From Eukaryota sp. GEM-RC1 (Eukaryota), in NCBI GenBank assembly GCA_040285855.1, contig JAUFOQ010000010.1, positions 1,922,001 through 1,986,000 of the forward strand: 64,000 bases of DNA, given 5' to 3'. The notes under the pieces were generated by a model that was not told the DNA's origin, did not search any database, and saw nothing but the letters and a program-made list of their open reading frames with translations. This document shows positions 1-13,182 of this stretch, piece by piece. The position numbers were made by a program, and so were the translations under genes. The number at the start of each line of letters is the position of its first letter. The stretch's first letter is position 1.

Positions 1-1057
1 CCAGTTCTGTGCTAATAAACTTAGAACAGTCAGATGGGTCTACTTCCTTGAGAGAAGTGCGTACTAGGTCGAAGCCATGTACAGGTTCACCTAACTCAGT
101 AGAATAGGGGCCATCACCTTGACCACGAATTTCTTTTGACCAGTACGAGAAATCTAAGATAAAATTTGAAATTTTCTTCGGTCCTCACTATCTAGAGTTT
201 TGGACGGAATTTGTCTTTGGATTTTAAAGTCGATTTAGACGTTTTGGGATGACCACGACCAGAGATAGCAGAAGAGGTCAGATGAGATGATCCTTGGTCT
301 TCTTCGGAGGAGCTTGGTTCCTCGGGGTCAGATGGGGATAGCTCTCGACGACTCTCTTTTCGGCGTTTCCATTCTTCTTGCTTGCGTTCGAATTCTCTTC
401 GTGCTGAAGCAGGACTAGGACTATACACTGGAGGTCTATATCCTGGTGGTGTTGGTGAAAGTGAAGGTGAACGTAGGACAGTAGTTCTTTTCTTCTGATT
501 CTTTCTTGGAGTCTTTTCCAGTTGACTTGTTGTCAAGGGATCTCTCGAAGAAGCACTACTTTCCTGACAAGTGAGTTCGTCGAATTCGGACTGATCGATT
601 TCCTCAGTTGTACCCAAGGTTCGGTCGAGAATTTTGTAAACGATCACTGTCTCGGGGCGTTTGCTTTGACCTGGATATTCTTCTTGAGACGGGAGTTTCG
701 TCGAATCAAGAAGTTCGCGGTCTTCATGCAGGACAGCATGGATTTGCCGTTCCCTTTTATTAGAGCCCTCAGTGGGATCGATCAATTGGTCGCCTCTCAT
801 ACCGAAAGGGACGATTGTTTCGTATCTAGTGGGGGGTAAAATACTATAAACTTGCTCTGACGATTTGCCAGGAGGTAAGTTGTCGCATACGGGGGTTTCG
901 GGAAGCCACGCTGTGCGTATTGCAACATCTCTGCATGCAGCTTTCTTAGTGGACAAGCTGTATTGGTACCATGCTGGGTACTCATATACCAAACTCTGTC
1001 TTCGTCGCTTCTACCACTAGAAGGACAATAATTATTGATACCTGAATAGGTAGACAT
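1..1057 (-). CDS. Frameshifted Ser/Pro/Glu/Arg-rich ORF running off the window start; possibly gag-like ORF of an LTR element
   Basis: Overlapping minus-strand ORFs 797-1057 and 192-992, plus an open frame continuing to position 1. It starts directly at the end of a TG..CA-bounded dispersed repeat (1057-1137). No diagnostic motif seen. Confidence 0.35.
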
Positions 1058-1137
1058 GTAAGGGGAAAGGATAATATGATTTATAATTAGCTACACAATA
1101 CTTCAACACTGCCACATCATAACACCTGTGGCCAACA
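1057..1137. repeat. Short TG..CA-bounded dispersed repeat (LTR-like), copy 1
   Basis: TGTAAGGGGAAAGG...TAACACCTGTGGCCAACA; similar to 12869-12951, 23128-23199, 46963-47125 (inverted) and 60147-60223. Confidence 0.6.
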
Positions 1138-1365
1138 CTACAATACCAAGTTCAATGAACATCAAGATGAACTAGATAAGTAAGCAAATTGACCTTGTTG
1201 GAAACCACAAAAACTGTCAGGTATGCGTCATGCTAGTAAGTAAAATCAAACCGTTTGAAAAGGGTTGGGCTTAAGTGAAAGTGAAGTGTTGCACCATCAA
1301 GTTGAGTGTAGGTCTGAAAATCCTTCAGGTCAATTTCTCCTTCCACTTCTCTTCCACATCAAAAA

Positions 1366-1788
1366 ATGTCAAGGAAACCCATTATTTATTTCTTATGCAC
1401 CGGAAACTCATGTCGTAGTCAAATGGCTGAAGGCTTTGGGAAAAAACACTTAGGAGACCGCTTTGATGTTTACTCTGCCGGCATTGAATCTCATGGCATG
1501 AATCCTAAAGCACTTCACTTCATGGGAGAAGCAGGCATCGATATATCAAATCAGACTTCGGATATCATTGATCCAGAACTTTTGAACAAGGCAGATTATG
1601 TCATCACATTATGTGGACATGCTAATGATGTCTGCCCAACAACTCCAGAAGGAAAACACCGTATGCATTGGGGTTTTGACGATCCAGCTAAAGCTCAAGG
1701 GTCTGAAGAAGATGTAAACTCTGTATTCCGCTCAGTTAGGGATGCAATAGAGCAGAGAATCAAACAGTTTGCAAGTGAGCAGGTGTAA
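1366..1788 (+). CDS. arsC: Thioredoxin-dependent arsenate reductase (LMW-PTP fold, Bacillus/Staphylococcus type)
   Basis: P-loop [34 protein letters not shown], redox Cys pair TLCG.A...CP and HWGFDDPA; intact 140 aa. Confidence 0.95.
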   Translation: MSRKPIIYFLCTGNSCRSQMAEGFGKKHLGDRFDVYSAGIESHGMNPKALHFMGEAGIDISNQTSDIIDPELLNKADYVITLCGHANDVCPTTPEGKHRMHWGFDDPAKAQGSEEDVNSVFRSVRDAIEQRIKQFASEQV

Positions 1789-2049
1789 TGTTCTTCCATA
1801 AATCACAGGTCATCTCTCGATTTATCTTCCGTAAATCTTTTGGCTACAACATCAATGTATTTGTTATTCTTGTTCAAACATTTGGTCTCTGATACAAACA
1901 AAATTCAAACCATGTAGGTACACAAAACAATATAAAATATACCGATAGCTTCCAGTACATCTATATCAGTGAGATAGATCCTTGTACAGTTTTTACATGA
2001 AGAACATACAGTCTTGGATCACTTTTTCAATTTGCTCTGTCAAAATCCA

Positions 2050-5000
2050 ATGTCTCACGCTGGGGATATTTATCTCCAACGCTGTAGTCAGTTCTCACTA
2101 CCACCCAAAACTGATGTGCTAAAACTTCTTCGAGCAGATTTTATTTCCAAACTATCGTTAACTTCTGAGTTCAACTCACTAGAAGCCCTTGTCATTCTGG
2201 ATTCTATCCAAAATACTCCCGTTGGTTCCATCCGAATCAACGGAGTTTCACTCTGATCTTGATGGATCTAAGGCCTTGAAAAAGGTGATCTCTTCCTCTA
2301 AACACCTCTCGAAACTCAGTCTACGCAACGTCAGCCTATCCTCTCAATCTATACTAGAGCTATGTGACGGAATCACTCTCTCACCTGCTCTTGATGAACT
2401 CTCTCTTGCTGAAATCACCTTTTCTGACTCCTCCTTCTCCTCCTTCTGCTCCTCTCTCACATCAAACTCATCCATATCATCTCTCATGCTATCTTGTTGC
2501 TCCATCACAGACCGTCATGCTGAACTTCTGTCATCATCAATCTCCAACAAGACCACCCTTCATTCTCTCCTTCTTGAAAACAACGACATCACCTACATTG
2601 GAGCTGATCACCTCGCATCTGCGTTCCTCCACAACTCTTCCATATGCGATCTCTCTCTTGCCGGCAACCCCATCTCAAACCGTGGACTCACCTCCCTCTC
2701 CCCAGTTCTTACCAACTTCCGTACAATAGATCTCCGAGCCTGTCTCATTGGTCCTCACGGTATAGCTTCCCTTACCCAATGTCTCTCTGACAACTCATCT
2801 TCCCTCGTAGCTCTCGCTCTAGACGACAACAGAATAGGATCTAAGGGAGCAGTTGCAATCGCACGTGTTTTAACCTCTCTAAAACACTTGGAGGAACTTC
2901 GTTTGAACAACAATAAGATTGGTGATTCTGGCGCTGTGTCGTTGGCTTATGCCGTAGCAATGCACTCGTCGGTGGTTCGACTCCACCTGGACGACAATTT
3001 GATTGGAGATAAAGGTGGTGATACACTTGCCAACGTTTATCAATCAAATAGAAAAATAGAGCTCATTTCAGTTGCAGGTAATTACATCTCTGAGGAAGGT
3101 GAAGAAATGATTAGACAGACAATCGCTAACGTCATTGATTTCGAAGGTGAGATTGACATTGAACAACAGAATGATTACTTACCAGGTGAAGACTCTTTCA
3201 TGACCAGGGAACTTGAGGAATGGTTTTTAGTAATCGTGATGATATTCAGTGTAATGTGTTGGGAATTATTGACCGTATGGTGACGTCAACAGAAGCGAAT
3301 CAGGAAGTTTTGGCGATTTTGAAGTCGTTGTCTGGGGTAATGGTAGAGTCTACAGTTAATTTTGAGCTGATTGATAAGATTCCGACCATGATTGATCTCT
3401 CCAATCAATCATTAACAAATGATGACGTGATGTTTTTGACCGAAGCTCTCAAACACTGTCAAACAATCAGTGTGATCCACATTCATAACTGCAACTTCGA
3501 CTCTCAAATGTCGCAAACTCTTTCCTCATTTTTAATTAACAACAATATTTTAAAAACCTTTTCCCTCCGCAATCACGTTCTCTCTTCAGATTCCTGTTTC
3601 TCCTTGGGTCAGGCTCTGTCAAGTAGCACTGTGGAGGAAATTGTGTTGTCGGATGGAAGAAACATTGATGACAAAGGATTTGGATTGTTCTTGAAAGGGT
3701 TAGGAACTCATAAGAATAACGTGAGATTGATTGACTTTTCAAGACTGTCTATCACGTCGTCAGGGTTGATTGCTTTAGGAAAGTATGTGACTGGTAGTTT
3801 ACAGTTGGCTGATTTGTGTCTCGATGGGAATGATTTCTCGAGAAGTCAAGATTTGGTGACGTTTTTGTCAATGATTGTCAAGATCAATTCATCTATTCAT
3901 ACTTTGTCTTTGAGAGACTGTAAAATTTCTAGTGATTGTGTGGGAGCAATTGTTGATCTTCTGGAAAAGAAAGGAAATTTCATGAAAAATTTAAATTTGG
4001 ATGATAATTTGTTCAATGAAGATGATGTTTCGACATTGCTATCGATTTGCGAGCAATCCTTTTGTGACAATCTTTCCATATCTGTACGGATAAAATCAAA
4101 GCAGAAATCAAATAGATTTAATCAGTCGTTTGCTGGATCAAGAACTCCAAAAAAGTCAGCAAAAAGTTCAAAATCTCCAATATTTGGAAAAATTCCAGAT
4201 ACAAAAGTCGATGAAGAATTAGAAAAAGTTCAGTCACAATTAGACGCTTTAATACTCAAAAAAGGTCACTTACTCTCAATGGCAAGATCTCAAAAAGAAG
4301 AAGAAATGCAAAGACTTTCCGAGACTTTGTTAGAAACTTCTCTATCAGATGCCATGGAAAGTAAAGATTTACTTGCTCCACCTATCCACGAGATTCCTCA
4401 AGACTTTCTACGTGATTTTGAGCGATCTAGTCGTACCTTTACTGCTAATATTGCTGTAATTGAAGCAAGAATCAGTGGTCAACGTAAGAGTATAGAAAGT
4501 CTTAGAGGGAAAAGTGAAGACTGTGAAACTCTAGTGAACGATTTGTTACAGAAACGTGTTGATTTGATAGAAGAGATCAAAAAGGCTTTGACGATTGAAG
4601 AAGGTTTTGCAAAAGCGGAAGGTATTCAAAGTGAGTTAATGAAACTCGAAGACTTGATTCTATCATCAGTCAAAAACGCAATCAAACACGTTACGAACTT
4701 TCCAATGCCATTCAATCACTCAAAAATGATGTTTCAGATTTGGAAAGTCACTACCGATCACGTCAGCAGTATTTCACTGAACTTTTAGTTTCTGATATTT
4801 CTCTATCATCTGGAGAAACTCTACTCTACCACCAAGCTTATGCTCAACTTGTTCAGAACCTATCTAAGCTTGCTGAATTGAGATCCTTTTGTGGACTAGT
4901 AGAAGACCGTGACAAACAAGCTTTTGATGAGTGGACAATGTCTAAGAAAAGACTGGAAGAAGCACGTTCTCTACTTGCCGTTGCTGAAAAAGAAGAGATC

Positions 5001-5699
5001 AAGAGTTATGAAATGTTCATCCAAGCAAGAAGGTGCACTCAAGAAGCTTTACAAGAAGAAAGATTAATGAGGACTCAAATGGGGGTAGACATTGAGACCT
5101 TAGAAGGAACTGAGATGGAAGAGATTGCAAAGAAGGTGTTGAGTGAAAAGGAAATTAATGAAGAGTTGATACCATTGGCACAACAGAATTTAGAATTTTA
5201 TGGAAAGTTAAATTCTCAACGTGATGAGCTTGGATTGAGTGTTTCACGAGTTTATGACGAAAATTCTGAATATTTCAATATTTTGGAGAATATTCATAAT
5301 GCTGAAAAGGAGTTTGAAACTGCCAAAGAGAAGCTTTCGCTGGCTCGAGAAGCTCGTCAAGATGCAGATACTTTGAGAAATCAATTAAATTCTTGGAATA
5401 TCCAAATTTCTAAATTGGAGACTTCAATTACTGTTGCAAAATCAGACCAAAATAGAGCAATTTCGAGGGGTGATTTAGGCAAGTTTAGAGATTGCCAATC
5501 AATTATCGATGATTGTAATCGTCATTTAGAGGCCTTATTATCTGAAAAGTCTACAGCTGAGCAGGACCTTTCTAGGTTAGAAAACATGGCTATTGATGCC
5601 GAATCTCACGTGGAGGAAGTTTATGGAGCTAAGGGATCTGAATATTTCCTAATATTTGATAAAATGATTAGTAATGAAGGTTACGCGGTAGATGAATAG
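2050..5699 (+). CDS. Large RNI-like leucine-rich repeat protein with C-terminal coiled coil (about 1200 aa after repairing three single-base frameshifts)
   Basis: Consecutive overlapping ORFs 2050-2256, 2189-3283, 3220-4788 and 4740-5699 join into one protein. LxxLxLxxNxIGDxGAxxLA repeats are followed by heptad-rich E/K/L/Q sequence. Breaks near 2254 (+1), 3219 (-1) and 4686 (-1). Confidence 0.75.
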
Positions 5700-6448
5700 T
5701 TTTGTATTTTATTTGTAAAATTGTTTTATTTCTTTGTTTTTGAAGTTCATGAGTTGAGTCTTTTGCTGAGATCTTTTGTCGATACTTTTTTTGATCTATT
5801 ACATTTACAATAAAATAAGGTTTTGCTTATACTTTTGTCGATACTGGCAATTTTTTCATTGAATATATGAAAGTTTCACGTCATATGAATTCAATAACCT
5901 AATTATTTCTATAGGTGCATCAACACAAATATCATTATAGCACAGTTAATAACCAGTGATCACGTCATATAAAAGACACTGTTACTCTTTTGCTATTAGA
6001 AAGAGTTCAAAAAGGGATCGTACCTCCTGCATCAAGTTACAATTAGAACGATAATAATTGATGATAAGTCTCACAGACGGTTTGGCTCATGGAAAATACT
6101 AAATCTTCAACTGCTGCACCACTTATGATCAATTTCATAACGAAAGTTCAACAACCGTGCGATTTAACAATGACATCTGGCACTGTACTTCATGAAAAGA
6201 ATTAAAAAATCTCTACATTCAACTACATAACGCTTCAGTCCCTACTGTTTGTTTCATATTTGTTTCAGCACATCATGACTGGAATCCTAACTTGTTAAAG
6301 ATATACAATCATGAAACTACAGCCAACAAACTAGTGAATATGGAGGATCAAAATTCAAAAATATCTTTGTTCTTTAAATTCATTTAGAAAATGGTTTTAT
6401 CTTGCAAATACACGAAAGATAAACAACAAGAAATAAATTGAGATGTAT

Positions 6449-6820
6449 TTAAACCGTTTTATTTACACATATAATCACAGAATTAGCAAACAACTTGTGT
6501 CCATCAGTTGAACTTAGCCAACAATTACGAGGACCATTATAGTCACTAGACCAACTAAGACAACCAAACTCTACAAGTCTACCTCCACCAACTTCTTTCT
6601 TTGCAATTAAAGGAATTCCAGAGTTAACAGTAGCTAATAGAGTTCCATTAACAGACTTTTGAGTTTTAAACCCATGGTTAGTAGAAAAACTGTTTACATT
6701 AAGAAAAATAGGATCATTTGGTAGAGTTTTTACCATGTCAAGTTCAGTTTGTTGAATTGTAAAAAAGTAACTACTAGTATTACCAACTTCATTGAAACCA
6801 GAATAACTAAATCCTCCTGG
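6449..6820 (-). pseudogene. Truncated gene fragment (C-terminal domain: DPIFLNVNSF...GIPLIA...GRLV...WLSSTDGHKLFANSV)
   Basis: Protein-like frame open from about 6820 to the stop at 6449, but closed upstream by an in-frame TAA with no N-terminal part. Confidence 0.4.
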
Positions 6821-6964
6821 TTATTTAAAATACTATCAATATGAAATTGTTTCAATTTTCAAAAATGATTTCCATTCGATACTCAAACACAATAATTCCC
6901 GTAAAGACAAAATCCACTCTGTTTCAAAAGAAAACAAATAGTACAGAAAAGTTCAAGATAAATC

Positions 6965-8887
6965 CTATCTAAAAACTTGTAACCCCAATATTATTACTAT
7001 TTGTTCTAAAGTTAAATGATTCAAAGCCAAATCTTGCTTCAAATCTTTAGCCAACACTCGTTTACTCTCATTAGAATGCTTATGAGAAATTTGAAGAATT
7101 TTTAAAAATTCCATTGTTTTTGGAAATGCCAATGTCGGATCTTTAAACAACGATTCGAAGTTTTTAAAAATATAAACAAAATCAAATCCCACTTGACAAG
7201 CTCCAACAATAGTATACCTAGTACAAACTAATTCCTCAAAAAAACAATCGTCCAGTACTGTACAAATAAATTGAGTAAAGGACGGAGCGCAAGATTTGTT
7301 GAAAAATTTAAAAATTGCACTTGACACTAACTCCAAAAACTCATTAACTTGATGAAGTTCTGAAGAAACATCTATACAGGTTTGAGAAGGATCAGTTTGA
7401 GTAAATAATTTAGAATTGTAAACATAAGGATTGATGTACTCATTGATAGATGATTTTAAAATATCTGAAATAACGTCCTCTAAAGTTTTAAAATTTGCAC
7501 AAATAGAGGTTAATTGTTTTTGAAACCACTCAAAATTAGGGAGGTCTGTTAGAACGGTCGATAATTCAAATTTTAAAAATTTTAAAATACTGGATAGTGC
7601 TGAGCACACTTTGAAAAAGAAGCCGAGGGTAAAGTCTCTGTGAAATTCTGGCAAACTATTTAAAATATTGTCTAGAAAGACTTCTAAACACTTGTAAATC
7701 GAAGGTCGAAAATCATTTCCAAGTGAAGAATAAAAAGTTGTAAGAATTTCAGAATATTCAACAAATAATAGCAATGATGTAGGACAAAATTTCAAAGAAT
7801 TAACAAAATCCTGATAAAATAAAGATTTGAAATTTTTAGAAGTTCTTGATTGTTTTGTAAAAGAACTTGTGGTTAATCTGCTAATAAAAGAATTGGTTTC
7901 CTCAATTAACCAATCATCACCAATCAGGTCAAAACTGATGACGTTTTGAGCTATTGGGGGTAGATTTCCCAAGCCAAGTTGAGTCAAATTATCTTCAAAA
8001 TTTAAAATTTCTGACAAAACAGACTTGACAATCGAAGAATCAATCAGCCCTTCAGTTTTTAAAATTTCAAAAAGTTTTAGAAATCTGCCACAGATAAAGT
8101 CAATAAGCAATTGCCTAGCACTTAACAACAACTTCTGTACATCATCTTGTCTTGAACCAGAAAAACTTGTAAAGAATTCAACAAAATTTAAAAAATTGTG
8201 AAAGGCTTCTGTCAACATTATTCCAGGTTTCAAAGCAAGGGTTGAGCAAGGGTATACATAGGTCAATTTCTGAGTAATTGGTTGAAATAAAGGTTGAAAT
8301 AAAGGGAATTCTTGTGATTGGTCGAAATCAAACACAAGATAGGACATCTGAAACAGGAAAGAACAATCAGTTTGAGCTTCTGTGTGAAGGTCAAAATCAG
8401 GTACTGAAGGCCAATCTAACTTACTCAAGATGGATGAAAACGACTCCCTGAGCTCTTTGATGACGTGATTTTTGACCTTCTTCTTTGCCTGAGTAAAGAC
8501 TCGACATAACACGTGATCAGGTTCTTCCAACAGAACACCAGAAAGAGTATTAAACAACTCAAGAGAGGGAATTGAAGAGGAAGAAAATGGAGAGGAGGTA
8601 AGTATATTTGTGTGGAAAGCAATGAGACGAAGTTGGAGAAGTAAGTCTACAATGGGTGTGGAAGAAGACAAGCCGGAGAGTTGCGCAGTGATGTAGGAAC
8701 GACGCTGTGAGAGGTTTTCTAGTGCTTCAGTGAGTTCATGCTTGGTGGACGTGACAGAATCCAAGAGAGAATTGAGAGATGAAGGAGAGATTAGTTCTAG
8801 AGATTGCTCTTCGGTAGTGAGATGATCTAATTGAGACTGGAGATGATTTTGATAGGCTTTGAGATGGTTGAGGGAAGTAGTCAACAT
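6965..8887 (-). CDS. RINT1/TIP20-like CATCHR vesicle-tethering protein
   Basis: Intact ORF of about 640 aa from ATG 8887. N-terminal coiled coil, L..L.WP, helical body, and C-terminal YTIVGACQVGFDF matching the RINT1/Tip20 FSxxGAxQxxFD motif. Confidence 0.7.
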   Translation of the reverse strand: MLTTSLNHLKAYQNHLQSQLDHLTTEEQSLELISPSSLNSLLDSVTSTKHELTEALENLSQRRSYITAQLSGLSSSTPIVDLLLQLRLIAFHTNILTSSPFSSSSIPSLELFNTLSGVLLEEPDHVLCRVFTQAKKKVKNHVIKELRESFSSILSKLDWPSVPDFDLHTEAQTDCSFLFQMSYLVFDFDQSQEFPLFQPLFQPITQKLTYVYPCSTLALKPGIMLTEAFHNFLNFVEFFTSFSGSRQDDVQKLLLSARQLLIDFICGRFLKLFEILKTEGLIDSSIVKSVLSEILNFEDNLTQLGLGNLPPIAQNVISFDLIGDDWLIEETNSFISRLTTSSFTKQSRTSKNFKSLFYQDFVNSLKFCPTSLLLFVEYSEILTTFYSSLGNDFRPSIYKCLEVFLDNILNSLPEFHRDFTLGFFFKVCSALSSILKFLKFELSTVLTDLPNFEWFQKQLTSICANFKTLEDVISDILKSSINEYINPYVYNSKLFTQTDPSQTCIDVSSELHQVNEFLELVSSAIFKFFNKSCAPSFTQFICTVLDDCFFEELVCTRYTIVGACQVGFDFVYIFKNFESLFKDPTLAFPKTMEFLKILQISHKHSNESKRVLAKDLKQDLALNHLTLEQIVIILGLQVFR

Positions 8888-9559
8888 TTGAAGAAGGAAA
8901 ACTTTGCTAATTCTGAGCAGAAGAACAGAATAACTCACTTTAAGATCAACCAACAGAAAAACACATCTATTTTTCCCTCATGTTACACCCGAACCAAGTT
9001 GATAAATTAGAACTGATTTTAAACGATTACAGAACTGATAACATGAAGAGCTCATCAATAATCCGTACATTTAAGTAAACTTTGGAGTAAACTTGAATTT
9101 TCTACCTTTAATCAATATAGTTTTATCAAGAACAGTAGAAATTTAGCCAATTTCATTGAAGTGACATAGAAGAATGACATATCCAACACGTGTTGAAGTT
9201 CTGACCAACACCATTCAACACGTGTTGAGGTGACTCCGAACATAGACTAGAATCATTTTCTTAACACGTCTAATAGATGCACAGAAAATGTGTTTTTTCT
9301 TCTCTATTTATCCAATTAATTAGTGATGTAGTTAGCTTATTTTTAATAAAGAAAGTTCACAGTGCTACAGTGTATCGAGAAGTCAAAATGAGCTGAGACT
9401 TAGTGGACTTTACCAATTATGATGGGGTTCCGTATCTGTCGGTTTAGTATAATCCTTGTAAGCAAAAGATGAAAGGATTCTGGTAAAATGCATACAAAAC
9501 CACAACCCAAGTATTGGTATTCATCAACTTCAATTTAGACTGAGTGTGGTCTTTGGTAG

Positions 9560-10621
9560 AATGTTAGATTCTTTTAAATACAATTAGATTCAGTTCAATA
9601 TTATGATGGAAAATATTCAAAATTTTGAATTGTTGTTCCATTTTGGGCAAGCTAAGGCTGTACAATGAATCTGTGCAATGACATGGTGAACGAACTAAAC
9701 CCACTTTTGAAAGTTTGAAAACTTTTGAAAAGTTGTTAAGAACTGCTGTTAAACTTTTATTGAAAATGTTACACCATTCATATTTCAAACATATATAAGG
9801 TTTCCACCTTCATGATTCTTCTAAAATAATAAATTGTTATTGGTGTAGCTTTGATCAGTTACGACTCTTACAAAACGAGGTCTGTTCAATCAGTCCGTTG
9901 GATTAAGAACTCAATAAACAAAATCGTCATCACAAACACTCACATTGTGTAATTGTTTAAAACATCGGAAAATTTGGAAGGGAACACGGATTTATAGAAA
10001 GCATCAATCAAAATATATGGCCTAGGTTCGAAACATTTCATGTTTTTGGCTCAATTCAAAAATTACTTGTTGTCAACTATGCAATGTCTGAAGAAGGTTC
10101 TAAAATCAAAGAACAGATTCCAAATTGTTTATTTGAAGATTTTGTACATTATACAAGTAATTGCAAGGACAAGGACACATCAAATAGATTGAAATTTCAC
10201 GTCTATGACCTTAAAAGATCCAAATGAAAGAATCAAAGATTAACTGTTCTAAATCCATTCAAATAAGGCACACATTTAGCAAGAATCATGAACAGGTATA
10301 GATTTCTGTGTTCAGAACACCACTAAGAAAGGGACAAGCTATGTTGATTCAGGGAAAAGATACTCATTGTGGCTGCTGAGCAAGTAGGGCATCGTTAAAA
10401 GTGAGGTTCCTTGCAACTATACAAAAAGTTTCGTAGTAACGGTCACTAACATTCTTGATTGTCTGCTTATCCTGTGACGAAACAGTTGGAGAGTCAATGG
10501 GAACAGACTGGTAACAGTGGAAAGCAATACGATCAAGATAATCTCGAACAAAGGTTGCATGGAAACGTCGTTGAAGCTTGTAGAGGAACCTAGATTCTTT
10601 GGATATAAGTCTAGATAGCAT
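9560..10621 (-). pseudogene. Decayed gene with an intact 85-codon 5' end
   Basis: ATG 10621 lies head-to-head with pepT (50-bp gap). Downstream frames stay protein-like but contain many stops and shifts. Confidence 0.3.
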
Positions 10622-10671
10622 TAGTCTTTAAGGGGAGTTGTATCCAACTTCAATGAAGGATTTCAACACCA

Positions 10672-11990
10672 ATGTCATCTTGCACGTCGTTTATCCAAGA
10701 ACTTGCACTAAAACTCTTCCTGAAGTACGTCACATTCGATACTGAAGCAGATCCTTCCTCACTTACACATCCTTCTTCAGATGGACAAACCGTCCTAGCA
10801 AAGGAAATCATGTCCGATCTTGAACAACATGGTTACAAAGACCATCTATTCCTTTCAGACACATCAATTCTCTATGTCGATGTCCCTTCAACTTCACCAA
10901 CTTTCACAACTGGTCTCTCTTTCCTTGCACATCTTGACACCTCCCCCGAAAGCTCTGGAACTGACGTTAAACCCATTATCCACGAGAACTACGATGGATC
11001 CCCAATCTCTTTCCCTGACGATCCTTCCCTAATTCTCTCTGCTGAACACGATCCAGACCTCCTTTCTTACATTGGAAGGTCTATCATTACGGCCTCTGGA
11101 ACTACACTTCTAGGAGCTGATGACAAGGCTGGGGTTGCTGTTCTAGTGGCAACTCTAATTGCACTCAAGAAATTTAAAATATCTCATGGACCGTTGTCGT
11201 TTGCTTTTACTTGCGATGAGGGAAATTGGTAAAGGGACAGACACTTTAGATCTGAGTCGTCTGTTTCCCTTTGCTTTTACTATAGATGGAAGTGCTGAAG
11301 GAAGTCTTGAGAATTCCTGTTTTGACGCGTGGGGTTGTAAAATTGATTTCCATGGTCACGTGACTCATCCTGGAAACGGCAAGAATAAAATGGTTAATGC
11401 GGTGTTACACGCTTCTCAGTTTATAGCTCAAGTTATGAGTACAATCAATGGTCCTGAAGATTCTTCGGGAAATGAAGGTTTTTGTTATGTGACACGTGTT
11501 GATGGAACGTGTGAAAGTGCAAGAGTTGAGCTAATATTGAGAGATTTTGATGAAGAAATGAATAATTCAAATATTTTGGGAATTAAAAAACTCACAGAAT
11601 TCTATCAAACTCAATTCAAAGGATTGACAATCGACATGAGCTGCACTCATCAATATTCAAATATGTCACGTTTTTTCAACAATCATCAGCAATTCATTGA
11701 TATCGCTAAACGTGCCATCACGTCATCAGGATTACAGCTTAAACACGAAGCAATCAGAGGGGGGAACTGATGGTGCCAGACTTTCCAGTATGGGAATATT
11801 GACTCCCAATCTATTCGCTGGGGGGCACTTGTTTCATAGTCGACTCGAGTATATTCCTGCTGACGTTTTTGGAAAGATTGGTGATGTGATTTTGAGGATT
11901 ATTGAGGAGTTTAGAACTGCTGAGCTGTCAGTGCCACGTGTCAGTTTGGAAGGTACAGGGGAGGTCAGTGAGGGAGTGTTGTGTGAATAA
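10672..11990 (+). CDS. pepT: Peptidase T (M20B tripeptide aminopeptidase), split by two extra-G indels
   Basis: FLKYVTFDT, PSSDGQ, AHLDTS, TLLGADDKAG, HPGNGK..MVNA, TPNLFAGG..FHSR.E. Removing one G at about 11221 restores DEEIG; removing one G at about 11760 restores IRGGTDG. Confidence 0.9.
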
Positions 11991-12868
11991 ATGTGTTTAG
12001 CGATGGTATTTATAACAACATGAGTTCTCTGATACATTCAGATAACCTTATTGATCATAACAAGCTCAGAAATTGAAAAAATTTAAAAAATATATTCTTC
12101 GAAACTTTAATTCTCCTCCAAATTTATACAATTTCCGGTTCTTATCTGGTTAGTTCTGCAGTGCAGTTATATTAAGTGTAGTATTTTAAGATGTCAATAC
12201 GATAACTTACCATCAGTATATTACATTATTTTGTCGATAATGGTCAAATTTCGATTATAGTTCAATTTTCCAAGACAATTCAAACTGTGTTGTGTTTAAA
12301 AACTCTGCAAAAGTCATCATAGTTCTGTTCACAAACTCCTATAATTAATAAAAAAGAATGTTGAATATGGATTATTTTTATTCTAAGTTTTCATTTGTTC
12401 CGTTTCCGATTTTAAATGCTGGTATTACTGATCCAGCAGGTTAAAAATTTTCAGTGTTTTTAGTCATTTTTGTCGTTCTAATGGCATGGTTTTTTAAATG
12501 GTTCTGTATGGATTAATCGAATTATGTTTGCTCATTATAGAAGCATTACCATGAATTTAAGTTCCATTTATTCGAAGTTGTACAGGGATAATTCTCGTGT
12601 TGATGTGGGGAATTTAACTTCTATCATTTTCTAAATATGGTTTTGTATCTCATTTGTTAATATTGATGATAGTTTGTATTTGTAAGAGTAAATAAAAGGC
12701 GTTTTTTTCTGAATTAGTTTGTGTTAATTTTTTGTTGCAAATACACTATTTTTATACGAATTATCCACTTTTGATGTATCAATATACGGCCAATTAGGAA
12801 AAATTGTATCGAGATTTCCAAAAAAAATTCGGAAAAATATAAAAAAAATAGTTTTTACCAACATTGAT

Positions 12869-12951
12869 TTTAAGGGGAAGGTAAAGGGTGTTTATAAATC
12901 AAATAATACTAGTACGTACTACTAACACTTCACTAACACATGTGGCTAACG
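12869..12951. repeat. Short LTR-like dispersed repeat, copy 2
   Basis: TAAGGGGAAGGTAAAGGGTGTTTATAAA...TAACACTTCACTAACACATGTGGCTAACG. Confidence 0.6.
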
Positions 12952-13182
12952 TTTCTTAGTCTTTTACATTTATCAAGATTGTGTTTCTTTAAAAGCAAAA
13001 AGATTTTTTTTTATCAACATTAAAGATAATAAAGAAGACCGTCATTATTAACAAAGGAGATACTGATACCTCTACATCATCTCATATTCATGACTCAATT
13101 CAAAGAGACGGTGCTACTGTCAAATAATTAGCAGTCCATATTCAACATTAACGCGTTTCAGCAATCATTTGTTGTTGACCAT

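Noticed and set aside
9183..9280. Palindromic AACACGTGTT repeats as a regulatory site or MITE
   Set aside because: No TIR/TSD pair could be defined; probably a MITE remnant, but unsupported.
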